Source: Archaeoglobus sp. JdFR-22
GTDB lineage: Archaea; Halobacteriota; Archaeoglobi; Archaeoglobales; Archaeoglobaceae
Length of the DNA stretch: 64,000 nt
Assembly: GCA_002010045.1 (NCBI GenBank)
Contig: MTMJ01000022.1
Span: 18,832 to 82,831, forward strand
Direction of reading: 5' to 3'
In this document: positions 20,369 through 31,261 of the stretch, in pieces
How positions within the stretch are numbered: the first letter of the stretch is position 1
Layout of the letters: each line of letters begins with the position of its first letter
Program-made: the position numbers and the translations under genes
The notes under the pieces: generated by a model
The model's database searches: none
Told to the model about the DNA's origin: nothing
What the model saw: the letters and a program-made list of their open reading frames with translations, nothing else

Positions 20369-21202
20369 GTGATATTTATGTTAATTCACAAAATTTACGA
20401 AAGGAAGTTGATAAGTGAAATAAGGGGATTGAAAATCCCGAATCATGTAGCAATTATTATGGATGGAAACAGAAGATTTGCCAGACGGAGAGGATTACCT
20501 GTTAGACTGGGCCATATTTTCGGTTCAAGAAAGGCTGAGGAGGTTCTGGACTGGTGCTGGGACCTTGGGATAAGGAATGTCACGATATACGCTTTTTCCA
20601 CTGAGAACTTTAAAAGAAGTGAGAAAGAGAAAAAAAATATCTTCGATGTTGTGGAGAGAGAGCTGAACAGACTCTCAGCGGATTCAAGAGCTCACAGAAG
20701 AGGTGTGAGAGTGAAAGTAGTCGGAAAGACAGAGCTGCTCCCGGAATACGTTACAAACGCAATAAAGTGTGTCGAGAAGGTGACAGAAGCCTATAATAAC
20801 TTCCACCTGAATATCGCACTTGCATATGGTGGAAGGCAGGAACTGATAGATGGTATAAAGGAGATACTCGCTAAAGTTAAGGCCGGTGAGATTGGAAGCG
20901 ATGAGATAGACCACAGACTGATTGAGAAGCATCTTTATGGGGAAGGCGACTACTCAGATGTTGATTTAGTAATCAGGACTGGTGGCGAACTCCGTCTTTC
21001 CAACTTTCTTACCTGGCAGACGGCAAGCAGTGTCGCATATTTCTGCGACATATTCTGGCCCCAGTTCAGGAAAATAGATTTGTTGAGGGCAATCAGGACG
21101 TGGCAGAACTTACTTGAATTGCGGGAGAAGAAGAGAGGGATTCTCAGAAAAAATGGAAAAATTGACATAAAATTAAGGAAGGAATATGAAGTCACTGCTT
21201 AA
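20369..21202 (+). CDS. uppS: cis-prenyltransferase (undecaprenyl/tritrans,polycis-diphosphate synthase)
   Basis: 277 aa; HVAIIMDGNRRFA and RTGGE.RLSNFL motifs. Confidence 0.85.
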   Translation: MIFMLIHKIYERKLISEIRGLKIPNHVAIIMDGNRRFARRRGLPVRLGHIFGSRKAEEVLDWCWDLGIRNVTIYAFSTENFKRSEKEKKNIFDVVERELNRLSADSRAHRRGVRVKVVGKTELLPEYVTNAIKCVEKVTEAYNNFHLNIALAYGGRQELIDGIKEILAKVKAGEIGSDEIDHRLIEKHLYGEGDYSDVDLVIRTGGELRLSNFLTWQTASSVAYFCDIFWPQFRKIDLLRAIRTWQNLLELREKKRGILRKNGKIDIKLRKEYEVTA

Positions 21203-22400
21203 ATATGAATTTAAAAAGAAACTTGAAGACCTTGAAAAAATGAAGGGAAGAGGTACGGAGCTTATAACACTCTACATACCGCCAGATAAGAATATAGCAG
21301 ACATCTCGAATCAGTTAAGGAGTGAATTGAGTCAGGCATCGAATATAAAGTCGAAACAGACGAGGAAAGCTGTCATGGACGGTCTTGAAGCAATCCTTCA
21401 ACGCCTTAAGTACTTTAAAAAGCCTCCAGAACATGGAATGGTCATAATAAGTGGTAACGTTGAATTCAATGGAGCTGAGAAGCGTATTACTGAAATAATT
21501 GAGCCTCCCGAGCCAGTGCCTCTTTATAAGTACCACTGCAACTCCACATTCTTTCTTGAACCTTTGAAGGAAATGCTGATGGAGAAAAAAGTTTACGGGT
21601 TAATAGTGATTGACAGGAGGGAAGCAACCGTTGGTTTGCTGCGTGGTAAGAGAATAGAGGTGCTTAATTATGTTACATCAATGGTTCCGGGAAAGCACAG
21701 GGCTGGGGGGCAGAGCAGCGTCAGGTTTGAAAGGCTAAGGAGTATAGCAATCCATGAATTTTACAAGAAGGTGGGTGAGAGGGCAAGTGAAGCACTACTT
21801 CCACACCTTGAGAACATGCTTGGAGTGCTGATTGGAGGCCCAAGTCCAACGAAGGAGGAATTCTATGAAGGCGAGTATCTTCACCACGAAATCCAGAGAA
21901 AGATTGTTAATATATTCGATGTGAGCTATACTGACGAGAGTGGACTTTATGAGCTGGTTGAGAAAGCAAAGGAAGTTCTGACTGAGCTCGACCTGATAAG
22001 AGAGAAGAAACTGATGGACAGATTCTTACATGAGGTTTCCCGAGATGGTCTGGCTGCTTACGGAGAAGATGAGATAAGGAGATACATTCGCTTAGGTGCT
22101 GTTGACACATTGCTGCTGAGTGAAGATTTAAGATATGAGCATTTGAAATACTCATGTCCTGCATGTGGGAAAATTAAGGAGATTACAGTCAGAGAAGGTG
22201 TTGTTAGCCCTCCCAAGTGTGAACATGACAAAATTGAGATGAATGAAATCGAGAGGAGAGATATAGTCCTCGAGCTGACTGAGATGGCTGAAAGCACCGG
22301 GGCAAAGGTCGAATTTCTCTCAACAGAATCTGAAGAGGGTTCAATGCTTTTCAATGCATTTGGCGGAATAGCGGCAATTTTAAGGTTTAAGCCTGAATAA
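21186..22400 (+). CDS. prf1: peptide chain release factor aRF1
   Basis: 404 aa; NIKS (ASNIKSK) and GGQ (HRAGGQSSVRF) motifs. Confidence 0.9.
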   Translation: MKSLLKYEFKKKLEDLEKMKGRGTELITLYIPPDKNIADISNQLRSELSQASNIKSKQTRKAVMDGLEAILQRLKYFKKPPEHGMVIISGNVEFNGAEKRITEIIEPPEPVPLYKYHCNSTFFLEPLKEMLMEKKVYGLIVIDRREATVGLLRGKRIEVLNYVTSMVPGKHRAGGQSSVRFERLRSIAIHEFYKKVGERASEALLPHLENMLGVLIGGPSPTKEEFYEGEYLHHEIQRKIVNIFDVSYTDESGLYELVEKAKEVLTELDLIREKKLMDRFLHEVSRDGLAAYGEDEIRRYIRLGAVDTLLLSEDLRYEHLKYSCPACGKIKEITVREGVVSPPKCEHDKIEMNEIERRDIVLELTEMAESTGAKVEFLSTESEEGSMLFNAFGGIAAILRFKPE

Positions 22401-22406
22401 ATCTGA

Positions 22407-22982
22407 TTACATTCCCCCAATAAACGGGGTTACAAAAGTCTCGATAAGGGCAGCAAGCAAAAGTACCGGGAAGACTATCCTGAGACACTTTAAAACTGCT
22501 TCTATTATCGCCCTCTTTATCGGTATTTCCTGATTCTTTACAACGTTTCTGTAAAACAGATTTCCAACCCAGAGTCCATAGCTGCAAGCCAGAAGTATTG
22601 CGGGAATCTCAAGAATGCCATGAGGAATCAGGTAGAGCAGAACTTTATAGACTCCCATCTCCATCCCGGCAACGAAAATAACCATCCCTATGATGTATCC
22701 GTTAAAGACGATGAAGAAAATAGGAAAGATACCGAAGAAGAAACCTGTCGCGGTTGCAATCAAAGCCTTCAGTGAGTTATTTAAAAAAATGAAGGCAAAT
22801 ATAAGCAGAGGGTTGAAGTCTTTAATAATACTGAAATCCTCAGAAATCATTTTTACATTCTCCTTTGCAAGATCCGGGTTATATTGAGCATGATAATAAC
22901 CGCCAAAACTCGATAAGATAAATAAGATTCCAAGAAACAGAAAATACCACATTATATTTCTAAAACTCAGATTGTCTGGCAT
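22407..22982 (-). CDS. SpoIIM-like (DUF95) membrane protein
   Basis: 191 aa; FLNNS..., NGYIIG and IPHGILEIPA motifs. Confidence 0.65.
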   Translation of the reverse strand: MPDNLSFRNIMWYFLFLGILFILSSFGGYYHAQYNPDLAKENVKMISEDFSIIKDFNPLLIFAFIFLNNSLKALIATATGFFFGIFPIFFIVFNGYIIGMVIFVAGMEMGVYKVLLYLIPHGILEIPAILLACSYGLWVGNLFYRNVVKNQEIPIKRAIIEAVLKCLRIVFPVLLLAALIETFVTPFIGGM

Positions 22983-23269
22983 AACATATCTTAACTGAAT
23001 TGAATATAAGCTTTTTTTGTTATTATTCAGAAGTTATCCATTTACCCTCTTCCAAGAGTTTCTGATAACTCACTGAAATTTCCCATTTTTATATCAATCC
23101 TATTGGCTTATTTCCCAGAAACATTTTCTCTGTGGTCAAAAATAGATAGAATAAGAGTTACCGATTACCATCATCCTGAAAAGATTTAAAGCCGAGAATG
23201 AAATAAAATAATGAGGTGCCCAAACCTTTCAAGATAAAATATTTATTACGATTAATCATAAAAAAATAG

Positions 23270-24745
23270 ATGATACCGCGAACGATGAGTACACAGCACC
23301 CGGATAACATCAGAATCCCGGATTTTGCTTCCAGAGATATCATCAATGGCGAGGATGAGATTGACGAGGCATACTTTGCTTTTTCCAGATTTGGTATTCA
23401 TGAACAGATGTGGGATTATGAGGGCAAGAGGGTGCTGCCATGGGTTGTTTCCGAGCTTTTAACAAAAAATCCCGAGTTTTTCCAGAAGAGGAGATTGGGA
23501 AGAGATGTATTTCTTACTTTCAGGATACCCAATCCCGAAATAGATAAAATTGAGGCAAAACTGGTTCCTGAAGTGTTGGACAGCATACCCAGATGTCATG
23601 ATACAGCAAAAGCCTTCTATCAGGAAGATTCACCTCCTGTATTTGAAGTAATTTTACCGATGACAACTTCATCCGTTCAACTTGAGCGAATATATTGTTA
23701 TTACAAAAATTATGTTGTAAAACTTGGAAATCTGGAAGTTTTTGATGGTGATGTCAGACTGTCAGAATGGCTTGGTGAATTTCAGCCCGAAAAAATCAAT
23801 GTAATTCCCCTGTTTGAGGATTTCTCATCAATACTGAATTCCAGCAGAATTATTGAGGGATTTTTGGACGGAAAAGATGTTGATTACCAACGCGTATTTT
23901 TAGCTCGTTCTGATCCTGCTTTAAATTACGGGATGTTTTCAGCTGTTTTACTGCTTAATGTAGCTCTTCAACGGTTATATGAACTCGAAAATCAGCTTGG
24001 AATACCTATTTTCCCTATTCTCGGCGTTGGTTCCCCCCCATTTAGAGGTAATTTCAAACCCACAAATGTTGAAAGTATGCTGGATGGTTACAGGAGCTGT
24101 CAGACCCTCACTATACAATCCGCATTCAAGTATGACTGGCCCTTGAAGATTGTTATAAAAGCTGTTAAGAAGGTAAATTCAGCCAGAAGAGGTAAACCTA
24201 TGGATGTTGAGGAAGACAAGGCAATCTATCTTGCTGAAAAAGCATCAAGTGCATATAGAGAGCAGATACCAGAGATTGCAAAACTTGTCAACATGCTGAG
24301 TGAATACATTCCTTCGAGGAGATTGAGAAAGCTACATATAGGCCTCTTTGGATACTCGAGGAATATCGGAGAGATTCACTTACCGAGAGCAATCCCATTC
24401 TGTGCAGCTCTTTACTCAATCGGTCTTCCTCCCGAACTCCTTGGAATGCACTGTCTGAATTCAAAGGACTTTGAACTTCTATCCGAGTTATATCCTTCAC
24501 CAAATTTTGAAGAGGATATAAGAGACGCATTAAGTTTCTACAATCCGGATGTTTTGTCGGTGTTATCACCAAAAATGGGTGAACAGATAAAAAAAACCGT
24601 GAAAACAATAGAAATTGATTACGCAACGAATGCTGAACATCTGGAAATAACATCAGAAATTATTGAATCCTTCCAACACAATCAGAAGTTGTATCTAAGA
24701 GAATTGATTATTGAAGCAGCCAGAACGAGACGATTCCTCGGTTAA
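23270..24745 (+). CDS. ppcA: archaeal-type phosphoenolpyruvate carboxylase
   Basis: 491 aa; N-terminal IPRTMSTQHPDN signature. Confidence 0.8.
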   Translation: MIPRTMSTQHPDNIRIPDFASRDIINGEDEIDEAYFAFSRFGIHEQMWDYEGKRVLPWVVSELLTKNPEFFQKRRLGRDVFLTFRIPNPEIDKIEAKLVPEVLDSIPRCHDTAKAFYQEDSPPVFEVILPMTTSSVQLERIYCYYKNYVVKLGNLEVFDGDVRLSEWLGEFQPEKINVIPLFEDFSSILNSSRIIEGFLDGKDVDYQRVFLARSDPALNYGMFSAVLLLNVALQRLYELENQLGIPIFPILGVGSPPFRGNFKPTNVESMLDGYRSCQTLTIQSAFKYDWPLKIVIKAVKKVNSARRGKPMDVEEDKAIYLAEKASSAYREQIPEIAKLVNMLSEYIPSRRLRKLHIGLFGYSRNIGEIHLPRAIPFCAALYSIGLPPELLGMHCLNSKDFELLSELYPSPNFEEDIRDALSFYNPDVLSVLSPKMGEQIKKTVKTIEIDYATNAEHLEITSEIIESFQHNQKLYLRELIIEAARTRRFLG

Positions 24746-24751
24746 TCAAAA

Positions 24752-25555
24752 TCAGGTTGAGAACGTCATTCTCAATGCATCCCTCAGACCAGGGGCAAGA
24801 CCAAGAACTATGAGGACAAATTTAACGAAATCTTTCATTTCTTCATCTTCCTCTGTCGAATCCAGAACATAGAGAATTACAAGAAACACGATTATCTTGG
24901 CTGGAATCATGACCCACGGGCCAAATGTGTTGATGAGGAATCTGGGAAGAACGTGTAACTCCCAGTATCCCAGATACTGAATTCCCGCAAAGGTGGCAAA
25001 TCCATCAACCATGTGTGAGAAAAATACTGTTCTGCTCAGCATGTTATTCATCCTGCTAAAAATTTTTGACGTACCAAGGCTATAAGCAAGAGTCAGTATT
25101 CCTGCGGCAAGAAATGTTGATGGAAAAACCCACCAGTTCACAGGTTCGAGATTGAGGAAAAGTACAAGCAGAGTAGCGACAGAGAGAATGATTCCAGTCC
25201 CGCCGTAATGAATCCAGTACTTTTCCCCCCTCAATTTTATTGACATGATTAACGCTGGAAAAGCTATTGCGAAGATTACGAAATAGATGAGGGGCGTCAT
25301 GAAGAAATACGAGAAAGGGGGGGACAGAAATTCTGCATCTTCCACAACCCTTACAGAAGAACCAAGAATTATGAATGGAATGTTTCCAGCAGCAAATTTC
25401 TCATCAAATTTAATTTCATATCTCTTCAACATTCTGTATACAATAAGAACAGCAAGAACGAGAATTACTGCCCATGTCAGCGTGTTTACAGGATTATACC
25501 CCTGTTTGTAAATGATTGAATCTATGTAGTATTTTTTGATGAAGTCCCAGACCAT
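24752..25555 (-). CDS. DUF63-family membrane protein
   Basis: 267 aa polytopic; N-terminal QGYNPVNTLTWA motif. Confidence 0.55.
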   Translation of the reverse strand: MVWDFIKKYYIDSIIYKQGYNPVNTLTWAVILVLAVLIVYRMLKRYEIKFDEKFAAGNIPFIILGSSVRVVEDAEFLSPPFSYFFMTPLIYFVIFAIAFPALIMSIKLRGEKYWIHYGGTGIILSVATLLVLFLNLEPVNWWVFPSTFLAAGILTLAYSLGTSKIFSRMNNMLSRTVFFSHMVDGFATFAGIQYLGYWELHVLPRFLINTFGPWVMIPAKIIVFLVILYVLDSTEEDEEMKDFVKFVLIVLGLAPGLRDALRMTFST

Positions 25556-25578
25556 GCTTACCGTCTAAAAACTGATAT

Positions 25579-26964
25579 TTAAATTTTGATTTCCAGCAGT
25601 TTACCTCTGGCAAGTGATGCAAAAATTCCCGTGAAACAGAGTGCAGAAAAAATTAAAAACGAAGTTTTTATGCTTTTCAGGAGTGAAGGGTAAAGTTCTG
25701 GTATGATTTCAGCTCTTCCAACGTAAATAGAAAGAATCAGCATTACCATAGCCATGCTGAGCATCTGTCCAACCGTGCGCATTGTGCTGAGCGTTGCAGA
25801 AGCCACACCCAGAAACTTTCTCTCAACTGAGCCCATTATTGCATTGGTATTCGGTGAGCTGAACAGCGCATACCCAAAACCAAGAAAGATTAAGTTGCCT
25901 ATTATCAGCATTTCGGGAGTATCTGCTTCAATACTCGAGAAAATAAATAAACCAGCAGTCAATACAGCCATTCCCGCGGAAGCAACCACTTTTGGCTCAA
26001 TTTTGTCTGAAAGCCAGCCAGCGAGTGGCGAGAGTAAAGCCATAACAAATGGCTGAAAAATCAGAATAAGTCCTGCGTTCTGTGGTGTTAAACCACGGAT
26101 ATACTGGAGATAAAGACTTAGAAGGAATGTTAAGGCAAATGTTGCGCTGTAATTCAGCAATGCTGCGAGATTCGAGAAAGCAAATGTAACATTGTATCTG
26201 AACAACCTGATTTCAAGAACAGGATGTTCAATTCGAGCTTCCCACAGAACAAAGATGATAAGCAGAAGAATTCCGCTTCCAATCAGAGCTGGATGTGGAC
26301 TTGAGACTCCAAGAGTTATCAGAACAAGCATGGCACAGTAAATTGCTGAACCTGTAAAATCAAAACTCTCTCCTTTTGCCTCAGCCCACTCCTCCTTAAG
26401 CTTCCAGACTACAAGAATTGCTATCAGAATCCCGATGGGAATGTTAAAGAAGAAAATACTCCTCCAGCCAAGATGCTGGGTTAAAAAGCCGCCAAGGAAG
26501 GGTCCGAGAGATAAGCCTGTATACACAGCAGCAACGTTAATCCCGAGGACTTTACCCCGCTGACCGGGCGGGAAAACAGAAGTGAGGATGGCAACGCCCG
26601 TTCCAAAAATCATCGCTGCTCCAATTCCCTGAACAGCTCTGGATAAAATCAACATCTCAGCTGAGATTGATAAGGCAGAGAATAGAGACCCTGCGGTAAA
26701 AATGATATCGCCGGATAAAAAAACGAGTTTTCTTCCTTTAATGTCGGCTACTCTACCAAGCGGAACAAGGGACATTGCAGCAGTGAGTAGAAAAGCAGTT
26801 GCAATCCAGCCCAGCATTACAGCATCAGCGCCAAATTCCTTTCCAATAGATGGCAACGCAATATTGATTGAAGAACCCATGAATGGTGTCATAAAAGCTG
26901 CGAGGGTTGCTGTTATTAACGCTACAATTGTATCACTGCTGAACTCAGGTTTTTTGCTATCCAT
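25579..26964 (-). CDS. MFS transporter (14-TMS DHA2/EmrB-like)
   Basis: 461 aa; GRVADIKGRK loop motif between TM2 and TM3; about 14 hydrophobic segments. Confidence 0.8.
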   Translation of the reverse strand: MDSKKPEFSSDTIVALITATLAAFMTPFMGSSINIALPSIGKEFGADAVMLGWIATAFLLTAAMSLVPLGRVADIKGRKLVFLSGDIIFTAGSLFSALSISAEMLILSRAVQGIGAAMIFGTGVAILTSVFPPGQRGKVLGINVAAVYTGLSLGPFLGGFLTQHLGWRSIFFFNIPIGILIAILVVWKLKEEWAEAKGESFDFTGSAIYCAMLVLITLGVSSPHPALIGSGILLLIIFVLWEARIEHPVLEIRLFRYNVTFAFSNLAALLNYSATFALTFLLSLYLQYIRGLTPQNAGLILIFQPFVMALLSPLAGWLSDKIEPKVVASAGMAVLTAGLFIFSSIEADTPEMLIIGNLIFLGFGYALFSSPNTNAIMGSVERKFLGVASATLSTMRTVGQMLSMAMVMLILSIYVGRAEIIPELYPSLLKSIKTSFLIFSALCFTGIFASLARGKLLEIKI

Positions 26965-27070
26965 AACCTCACTCTCGCTGAACTCAATTTATCAATTATT
27001 ATCCTTATCCGATAACAATGAGTAAAGTTTAAGTATTCTGAATTATCGATCTCATGATGAGGAGATATAA

Positions 27071-27262
27071 ATGGTTAAGATTGTACATGCCCAGACAGTA
27101 TTAGGAGAAGAAATTCTGAATGAGTTGAAGAAGAAGACAGGTGAGAGTGCAACGAAGGATGCAATCGCAAAGGCAATAGAGCATTACCTGATGTGCCCCT
27201 ATACTCATGAGGAACCTCTTGAGAAGAGGCTCGAAGAAGTCCTGAGAAAGAAAAAGAGGTAA
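27071..27262 (+). CDS. small hypothetical protein
   Basis: 63-aa ORF preceded by a GGAG Shine-Dalgarno-like site; no family recognised. Confidence 0.35.
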   Translation: MVKIVHAQTVLGEEILNELKKKTGESATKDAIAKAIEHYLMCPYTHEEPLEKRLEEVLRKKKR

Positions 27263-27263
27263 T

Positions 27264-28145
27264 TCAGTACCTTTCAGCCATATAGATTCCCAGCATCGTC
27301 AGGAATCCACCAATAGCAATGAGAACACCAATTTCTTCTTTCAAAACATAAAACGCCATAATTGCCGTGAACAGCGGAACAAGGTAGACGAACGCCGCTA
27401 CCTCAGTTGTTTCCATTGATGTTAGAGCGGAATACCAAATAACGTATGCAACAACGGAACAGAGTAAAGAAAGGTAGATTAAAGAGATCCATGAGTTAAA
27501 GCTAAGATTGAATGGATTTACAATACCCTCATAGAGGGCAAATGGGAGAAGAAGAACTGAGCCAATCACAAAAACATAGACGGTTAGAACATCAGGACTG
27601 TATTTTTCGAGCATTGATTTGCCAGCGATAGTGTAAATCGCCCATAGAAGACCATCGAAGAGCATTAAAACATCGCCAATTATTGTTTTACTTGTAAAAA
27701 AGTCGAAACTGTAATCTTTTGAGACCACCATAACAACACCAAAAAAAGACATGATGATTCCGGCTATTTTGAGATTGCTTACTTTTTCACCAAGAAAAAT
27801 AGACATTACAGCTATGTAAATCACGCATGTGTTTATTAAAATCGATGAATTGATGGCTGTTGTATAGGTTAGAGCCACAAACTGCACGGCATACAGTAAA
27901 GTTACTCCGGTGAGTGCCAGAATTGTGATTTTGAAAAAATCAGATGAGTCAAACATCTTGAGTTTTCTCTTGAAGATTACAAAGGCAAGTAAAAGTGGGG
28001 ATGCAATGAGAAACCTATAAAATGCTAAATTATACGGTTTAATTTCCTCCAATCCAATTTTTATGAAAACAAATGAGCCAGCCCATATAAGCATTGTAAG
28101 AAACAGTAAAGGAATACAGACATTCACTTTTTTCGTTGTTACCAC
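27264..28145 (-). CDS. EamA/DMT-family transporter
   Basis: 293 aa, 10 TM segments in two EamA-like halves. Confidence 0.75.
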   Translation of the reverse strand: MVTTKKVNVCIPLLFLTMLIWAGSFVFIKIGLEEIKPYNLAFYRFLIASPLLLAFVIFKRKLKMFDSSDFFKITILALTGVTLLYAVQFVALTYTTAINSSILINTCVIYIAVMSIFLGEKVSNLKIAGIIMSFFGVVMVVSKDYSFDFFTSKTIIGDVLMLFDGLLWAIYTIAGKSMLEKYSPDVLTVYVFVIGSVLLLPFALYEGIVNPFNLSFNSWISLIYLSLLCSVVAYVIWYSALTSMETTEVAAFVYLVPLFTAIMAFYVLKEEIGVLIAIGGFLTMLGIYMAERY

Positions 28146-28260
28146 CTCTTGAGTTGTACATAACTTTCCTGAATTTGCATGAGAACAAGTAATTTATGGT
28201 CAGATAACGCAAATTTAAATAAAAAATAAAAAAATAAATTTGGTATTACTCAGATTGTAA

Positions 28261-28455
28261 TCAGTTACCAGTTTCTCCATTTGGCCAGAGATTCTTGGGC
28301 ACTTCTTTGCCTGCTGTCCTCAGTCTGAATCTTTCACATCTCTCATATGTCCCCTTACAGTAGGTTTTTTTCAACACTTCGACAGTTGCCGGTAAATTCA
28401 GGTTATTGAAAAAAGGACATTTCATCAAGAATTTACAGTCTCCCATATGTATCAC
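28261..28455 (-). CDS. small cysteine-rich protein
   Basis: 64 aa; C-x6-C ... C-x8-C pattern (GDCKFLMKCPFF ... YCKGTYERCERF). Confidence 0.4.
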   Translation of the reverse strand: MIHMGDCKFLMKCPFFNNLNLPATVEVLKKTYCKGTYERCERFRLRTAGKEVPKNLWPNGETGN

Positions 28456-28570
28456 CCATCTATTTATAATTACAATAATGTAAATATATTTTACGATTAA
28501 TCACCTCATAACCACTTATGCCTATAATTCATAAAAATTCTCATATGATATATTATTCCTGATAAGAGTT

Positions 28571-30241
28571 TTACATCTTCTCAAGAGGTCTTATTCCAAG
28601 CAACTCAAGTCCGTTCCTCAGAACAATTCTGCTTGCATCCACAATGGCAAGACGATGCATTCTTACCTCCTTTTCAGCTTTAAGTACTGGATGCTGGTTG
28701 TAGAAGTCGTTGAAGTTGACAGCTATTTCCATAACATAATCTGCAAATGAATGCGGTCTTAATTCTCTGACAACCTTTTCCACAGCACTCGAGAACTTGG
28801 AAAGTAGCATAACAAGTTTTCTTTCCAGATGGGTGCAGGTCGTCCCGTTGAACTCCAAATCAGGAAATTCCTCATCGACCGCCTTCCTCAGAATACTGCA
28901 TGCTCTGGTATGAGAATATTGAATATACACAGCGGTCTGCCTCTCAAAATCAAGAGCACTTTTCAAATCAAACGTCATTGCTTTTTCAGGCGCAATTCTG
29001 ACAAAATCATACCTTATCGCACCGGTTGCCACTGCATGAGATATCTCTTTTTTCTCCTCTTTGGAGAAACTTCTGTCTTCAAGGATTTTTTCAGATTCAT
29101 TCAGAATTCTTTCAATGAGCTCATCAGCAGAGATGAATTTACCCTTTCTCGTACTCATTGAACCTTCTGGCAAAGAAACAAACTCAAAAAATACCATTTC
29201 CGGTGATTTAAGTCCCAATATATCCAGAATGTCTGAAAGCTGTTTGCCGATAAGCTTATGGTCCGAACCGAGAATACTTATAGACCTCTCAAAATTTTCA
29301 TTCTTCCACAGGTGATATGCAAGGTCTCTTGTAATGTATAGAGTTGTCCCGTTCTCCCTTCTGACCACAACTTCCTTCTCATGACCGTAATCGCTCAAAT
29401 CTATAAACCATGCTCCATCTTTTCTTAGAATTCCTTTCCTGTCCAGTGTATTCAGAATTCTGGAGACGTAACTGTTCCTTATAAATTCAGATTCCCTGAC
29501 ATAGAGGTCGTGAGAAATATTGAGCTGTTTAAGGGTCTCTTTTATCCCTTCAAGGGCATAATTCACTGCCCTCTCAAATAAAGGAATTGTGTCTTTATCT
29601 CCATTCTCATAATTCTGCATTAATTCTTCAACCTGTCTCTCGATTTGCTCTTTTTCTGCTTCATTCTCTTCCATATACCTGTTTATACCAATGTAAGCAT
29701 CCGCTACTGCGTGATCAGACTTTTTTGATGTATCAATACCGAATTTCTCCATTCCCACAACCGTTAGAGCAACCTGTCTGCCCATATCATTGACGTAGAA
29801 GTGCGTTGTCACATCAACGCCAGCTTTCCTGAATATTCTCGCTATTGTATCTCCTATGACTGAATTTCTTATATGGCCGATGTGCAAGGGCCCATCGGGG
29901 TTTGCAGAGGTGTGCTCAATCAGGATTTTACCATCAAGATTCAGAGAGCCGTAGTTCTCATCAGTGTCGAGAATAACGTTGATGGTATCTTCCAGAAAAT
30001 CATAATCGGCAAAAAAGTTGATGTAGCCGTTTAATGCCTCGATGCTTCCAATATATCCGGAAGGTTCAATCTCTGAAATAATCTCCTCTGCCAGATCCAC
30101 TGGATTCCTTTTTCTCTCCTTTGCAAGCTTGAAAGAGATTGTTGATGCTAAATCAGCATGTTCGCTCTCCTTTAGTGTGCCCTCAACATCATAATTTTTG
30201 AGGGTTTCCATTACATCTTTTCTGAACTGACGGAACATCAA
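28571..30241 (-). CDS. argS: arginyl-tRNA synthetase
   Basis: 556 aa; SANPDGPLHIGHIRN (HIGH) and MSTRKG. Confidence 0.9.
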   Translation of the reverse strand: MMFRQFRKDVMETLKNYDVEGTLKESEHADLASTISFKLAKERKRNPVDLAEEIISEIEPSGYIGSIEALNGYINFFADYDFLEDTINVILDTDENYGSLNLDGKILIEHTSANPDGPLHIGHIRNSVIGDTIARIFRKAGVDVTTHFYVNDMGRQVALTVVGMEKFGIDTSKKSDHAVADAYIGINRYMEENEAEKEQIERQVEELMQNYENGDKDTIPLFERAVNYALEGIKETLKQLNISHDLYVRESEFIRNSYVSRILNTLDRKGILRKDGAWFIDLSDYGHEKEVVVRRENGTTLYITRDLAYHLWKNENFERSISILGSDHKLIGKQLSDILDILGLKSPEMVFFEFVSLPEGSMSTRKGKFISADELIERILNESEKILEDRSFSKEEKKEISHAVATGAIRYDFVRIAPEKAMTFDLKSALDFERQTAVYIQYSHTRACSILRKAVDEEFPDLEFNGTTCTHLERKLVMLLSKFSSAVEKVVRELRPHSFADYVMEIAVNFNDFYNQHPVLKAEKEVRMHRLAIVDASRIVLRNGLELLGIRPLEKM

Positions 30242-30351
30242 GACTCAAATTTGCTCGTGATTTAAATAGTCAACGATAATACTCATACAAAGGATGTTCA
30301 ATTTTTTAGAACAAGATACTATGAAGGACATCGAAGAACCACAACTTTATT

Positions 30352-30389
30352 CCAGAGGTGCAGCTCTGGCTTAAGACGAGCAGGTCTTA
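30352..30389. repeat. twin hairpin motif (CCAGAG-GTGCAG-CTCTGG, TAAGAC-GAGCAG-GTCTTA), with copies again at 31466-31488 and 31549-31565
   Basis: Two adjacent perfect 6-bp stems with related 6-nt loops. The strings CCAGAGGTGCAGCT and TTAAGACGAGCA recur on the other side of the vapBC cassette. Confidence 0.6.
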
Positions 30390-30439
30390 TACCAAAAATG
30401 TTAAATTAATCCACATACAAAGAAAAATTGGTGAATATT

Positions 30440-30679
30440 ATGAAATCAGGAGTAGAAGTTAGAAAGCTGGATAAACAGGGTAGGCTAATTATACCAAAAG
30501 ATTGGAGAAGGAGCGAGCTTAAAGATGTTCAGGAGGTTTTTATCCTGAAAGAGAAAGGTTATTTGAAGATAATTCCCAAGAAAAAAGTTGACTTAAAAAA
30601 ATTCTTTGATAGTGTTGACTTGGGGGAAAACTTGGACGAATGGGATGAGTTCGAGGAGAGATTCCATGAGGTTCCTTGA
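30440..30679 (+). CDS. vapB: AbrB/SpoVT-family antitoxin VapB
   Basis: KLDKQGRLIIPKDWR swapped-hairpin motif; start set at the first ATG of the track ORF. Confidence 0.7.
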   Translation: MKSGVEVRKLDKQGRLIIPKDWRRSELKDVQEVFILKEKGYLKIIPKKKVDLKKFFDSVDLGENLDEWDEFEERFHEVP

Positions 30680-31091
30680 TGCTAATGTTTTTATTTATTC
30701 ATTCTATAAACCTAAAGGCAAACTTTCAGAGAAACAGTTAATGATGAAGAAATCAGCAAAGAAGATAATAGAGAGTATAAACGATGGAAAAGAAGATGTT
30801 ATAACAACAGTTGTTCATCTTTCAGAGGTCGCAAACATACTTAAAAGATCATTAAAATCGAGCGATCTTCAAGAAATTTTAATGTCTCTCTACTTTTTGG
30901 AGAATGTAACAATCCAAGATGTAAGTACCAATGACTATCTTGCTGCTATCGATTTGATTTCAGAACTGGGGCTGGATCCAAATGATTGTCTTGCGGTGAG
31001 AGTTATGAGGGAGAATGAAGTAGATGAGATATATACCTTCGACAAGGGTTTTGAGAGAGTTAGAGGGATAACAAGACTCCCGGAATTCTAA
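30666..31091 (+). CDS. vapC: PIN-domain toxin VapC
   Basis: MRFLDANVFIY N-terminus (first acidic PIN residue) and a later D near the C-terminus (TFDKGF); overlaps vapB by 14 nt. Confidence 0.75.
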   Translation: MRFLDANVFIYSFYKPKGKLSEKQLMMKKSAKKIIESINDGKEDVITTVVHLSEVANILKRSLKSSDLQEILMSLYFLENVTIQDVSTNDYLAAIDLISELGLDPNDCLAVRVMRENEVDEIYTFDKGFERVRGITRLPEF

Positions 31092-31261
31092 TGGACTATC
31101 ATAGAGATGGTATTGCATGCCGTATCATGACTTTCAGAAAGGTCAATCATCAAAATGAGGTGTTAACCATCTACTCGCTCCTTTCGAAAATTTGTGAACC
31201 TAGTAATCGCAGTTATTAGTTTAGGAGAATTACTTCAAGAAATTGTGTTAAGAACTACTAA

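Noticed and set aside
31091-31210. 39-codon ORF (MDYHRDGIACRIMTFRKVNHQNEVLTIYSLLSKICEPSN) overlapping the vapC stop
   Set aside because: It is short, has no recognisable motif or SD, and could arise by chance. It is kept only as a remote possibility for a third cassette component.
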